Positions 61,633-64,000 of a stretch of DNA of 64,000 nucleotides are shown here, piece after piece (position 1 is the stretch's first letter; each line of letters starts with the position of its first letter). Source of the stretch: Centroscyllium fabricii (taxonomy: Eukaryota); NCBI GenBank assembly GCA_051313645.2, contig JBNRSN020000005.1:142538001-142602000 (forward strand), read 5' to 3'. Made by a program: the position numbers and the translations under genes. The notes under the pieces were generated by a model. It was not told the origin of the DNA. It was given only the letters and a program-made list of their open reading frames with translations, and did no database searches.

Positions 61633-62494
61633 CTCTATTATTGCCTCTGCATTGATTTACGAGCATGTTTTTCCTGGATACTAATAAAAAACACATTTTC
61701 TGCAGTTTTGGTGCCAACGCTATCTTTCAGAAGTTACAATCTTTGGAAGTGTGTCAGTATTTGCAGGGTGTCCCCACACAAAGAAAGAAGTTTGAAAAAA
61801 TTGGCCTAGTGAGGACTGTATAATGTGGTACTGGGCCATTGCGACAAGAAAGTCCCAGGTTTTACTCCTGGTCTGTGTTGAATTAGCTTATCTGTACGGG
61901 GATAGCAGATTAAATAAAAATAAATTGAGAAACCAAGGTGAATAGGGCACTGCAATTTACCTCAGCTAGCACTAGGAAAAAGCAGCCATGTTTCTTGCGC
62001 TTGCGTGCTTTCTAATGGCTCCTGCTGGAAACTGAGCATGTGAGGAAAAGCTCAGGCTCTGCTGTGCTTCCCTCTATGGTCAAATAGCTTACTGGCTCTC
62101 ACTATCCAGAGTCTCACAAATAAATACAATGGAAATGTACCCCAGCAAGTGTAAGTACTTTCAGTAGAGGAGCTGAAAGACATGGGAAAAATACTTTAAT
62201 GTAACAGCATTGATTCCAGATAGTCTCTCTCTTTATGTGAGCTGTTGAAACAGCCTCTAATGGTCTATTTAATCCCCTCCCTAAGTAAACCAAATGGTGT
62301 GGCATTTACACATACAGATATTTTTTCTGCTGAGTTAGCTGGGGCAACAGTGGGAGAGGTCCGGATGGACTCTTGCTCCTGGTTACTATCCATAATGTGT
62401 TTCTCAACACAGTTGGACTTGATTATGACTATTTCAGTGGCGGAATAGCATAACAGCACTCAGTCTTGCACAGGAAGAATGTCCAATTGGTCAG

Positions 62495-63095
62495 CGGCTG
62501 GTATTCTGCAGCAAGTGTCTCACTTCCTGACTCCCCAAAGCCTTTCCAGCATCTACAAGGCACAAGTCAGGAGTGTGATGGAATACTCTCCACTTGCCTG
62601 GATGAGTGCAGCTCCAACAACACTCAAGAAGCTCGACACCATCCAGGACAAAGCAGCCCGCTTGACTGGCACCCCATCCACCACCTTAAACATTCACTCC
62701 CTTCATCACCGGCGCACTGTGGCTGCAGTGTGTACCATCTACAAGATGCTCTGCAGCAACTCGCCAAGGCTTCTTCGGCAGCACCTCTCAAACCTGCGAC
62801 CTCTACCACCTAGACGGACAAGGGCAGCAGGCGCATTGGAACATCACCACCTTCAAGTTTCTCTCAAAGTCATACACCATCTCGACTTGGAAATATATCG
62901 CCGTTCCTTCATTGTCGCTGGGTCAAAGTTCTGGAACTGCCCCCCGCCCCCCCCCAACAGCACTGTGGGAGTACCTCCACCTCACGGACTGCAGCAGTTC
63001 AAGAAGGCGGCTCACCACCACCCTCTCAAGGGCAACTAGGGATGGAGGGATGGGCAATACCAGCGATGCCCACATCCCATGAATGAATTAAAAAA
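62495..63095 (+). mobile_element. 3' fragment of the same non-LTR family as 57891-59395
   Basis: LTPQSLSSIYKAQVRSVMEYSPLAWMSAAPTTLKKLDTIQDK. Confidence 0.85.
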
Positions 63096-63353
63096 AGACC
63101 CGTTTACGAACATATGAAAATGCTGGGCAGGAAAAGGTCAACTGGTCCATCTAGTCTGTCCCATACAGTCGTTAATGTTGCCTTATCCATCACCATAGAG
63201 ACACTCCCTACCCACTGAGAGCCATTCATCTCCTGGGGGAGATGAGATAAACAGATTAAAAGCTCAGGCCAATTAGGGAATAAAATTCTAGAAACTTCAT
63301 GTCTGCCCACCCTTAGACCATCGAAAACTAGCCCAGGAAATCACATTGACCCT

Positions 63354-64000
63354 GACATATATCGCAGGATAGAGCAAAGGAAAGCCAATCAGGTTCTAGC
63401 AGATGACCAACCCGTGAGTCATCACAGGTTCGCGGGCTTTACGAATCCAGTCCTGTATTGTGGAGTTGGAGTAAAGACCTATTTCTTGTAGCTCGCTGTG
63501 TTGACTATTTCTTTACACGGGAGACCGTAGCCTCCCACATTGGTGACCCCGAATGTCGGCGGCCGAAGCCCCCGACTCACGCAGCCCTACAGAGGCCAGC
63601 AACGACCCAATGGCGAAGCCCCCGACTCACGCAGCCCAACAGAGGCCAGCAACGACCCGATGGCAACCAGCAACAGCCCGATGTCAGCCGGCGCCACGTC
63701 CTTGAAGTTCCCCACCTTCTGGGAACACCAAGCACCAGCTTGGTTCGCGCACATGGAGGCCCAATTCACCCTTCGCAGGGTTCAAGACGATGAAGAAAGG
63801 TACCTCCACGTAGTCTCAGCACTAGCAAGCTCCACCGCCGCCGAAATTCTCGACCTGCTGAGGAACCCACCACAGACCGGCAAGTACTCAACCATTAAGG
63901 GCCGCTTGCTGCAGGCTTACGGCCTGTCCAGGGAGGAGAGCGCCCGCAGGCTTCTCTCACTACCCGGCCTCGGCGACTCCACCCCGACCCAGTTGATGAG
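63354..64000 (+). mobile_element. 5' end of a CsRn1-like Gypsy element (LTR, tRNA-type PBS, gag), truncated by window end
   Basis: LTR ends ...CCCACA (63539); PBS TGGTGACCCCGA (63541); gag from ATG 63660: LKFPTFW..PAWFAHMEAQF..RYLHVVSAL..LGDSTPTQLM; LTR start uncertain. Confidence 0.72.

Overview
Repeat-dominated vertebrate genomic DNA, most likely from a cartilaginous fish (shark/ray), judging by an HE1-like V-SINE, Deu-domain SINEs and the style of the CR1, L2, Rex and Penelope elements. It is probably intronic or intergenic, and a 200-N gap lies at 53963-54162. No complete host gene is visible, only one good candidate 49-nt exon on the minus strand (34517-34565). Main contents: (i) a full-length two-gene Harbinger/PIF transposon (1279-11316; transposase on +, spliced Myb/SANT gene on -) inserted into an L2 and itself carrying a near full-length CR1, two Rex-type fragments and a MITE; (ii) two full-length Gypsy/Ty3 LTR retrotransposons (20478-24784, 26333-31226) and a related solo LTR; (iii) many CR1, L2, Tx1, Vingi-like and Penelope fragments, SINEs and MITEs. 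Most notable: neither full-length Gypsy element has a tRNA-type primer-binding site. Each instead has a 13-14 nt sequence that is perfectly complementary to the poly(A)-signal-containing segment of its own LTR, and the two elements differ by compensatory changes, suggesting self-priming and/or poly(A)-signal occlusion. Also notable are Penelope-type minimal hammerhead ribozyme motifs (one with an intact core inside a ~110-bp TSD-flanked insert) and MITEs packed with NRF1/YY1-like motifs. All calls are by eye; family names are inferences from motifs, not database hits.
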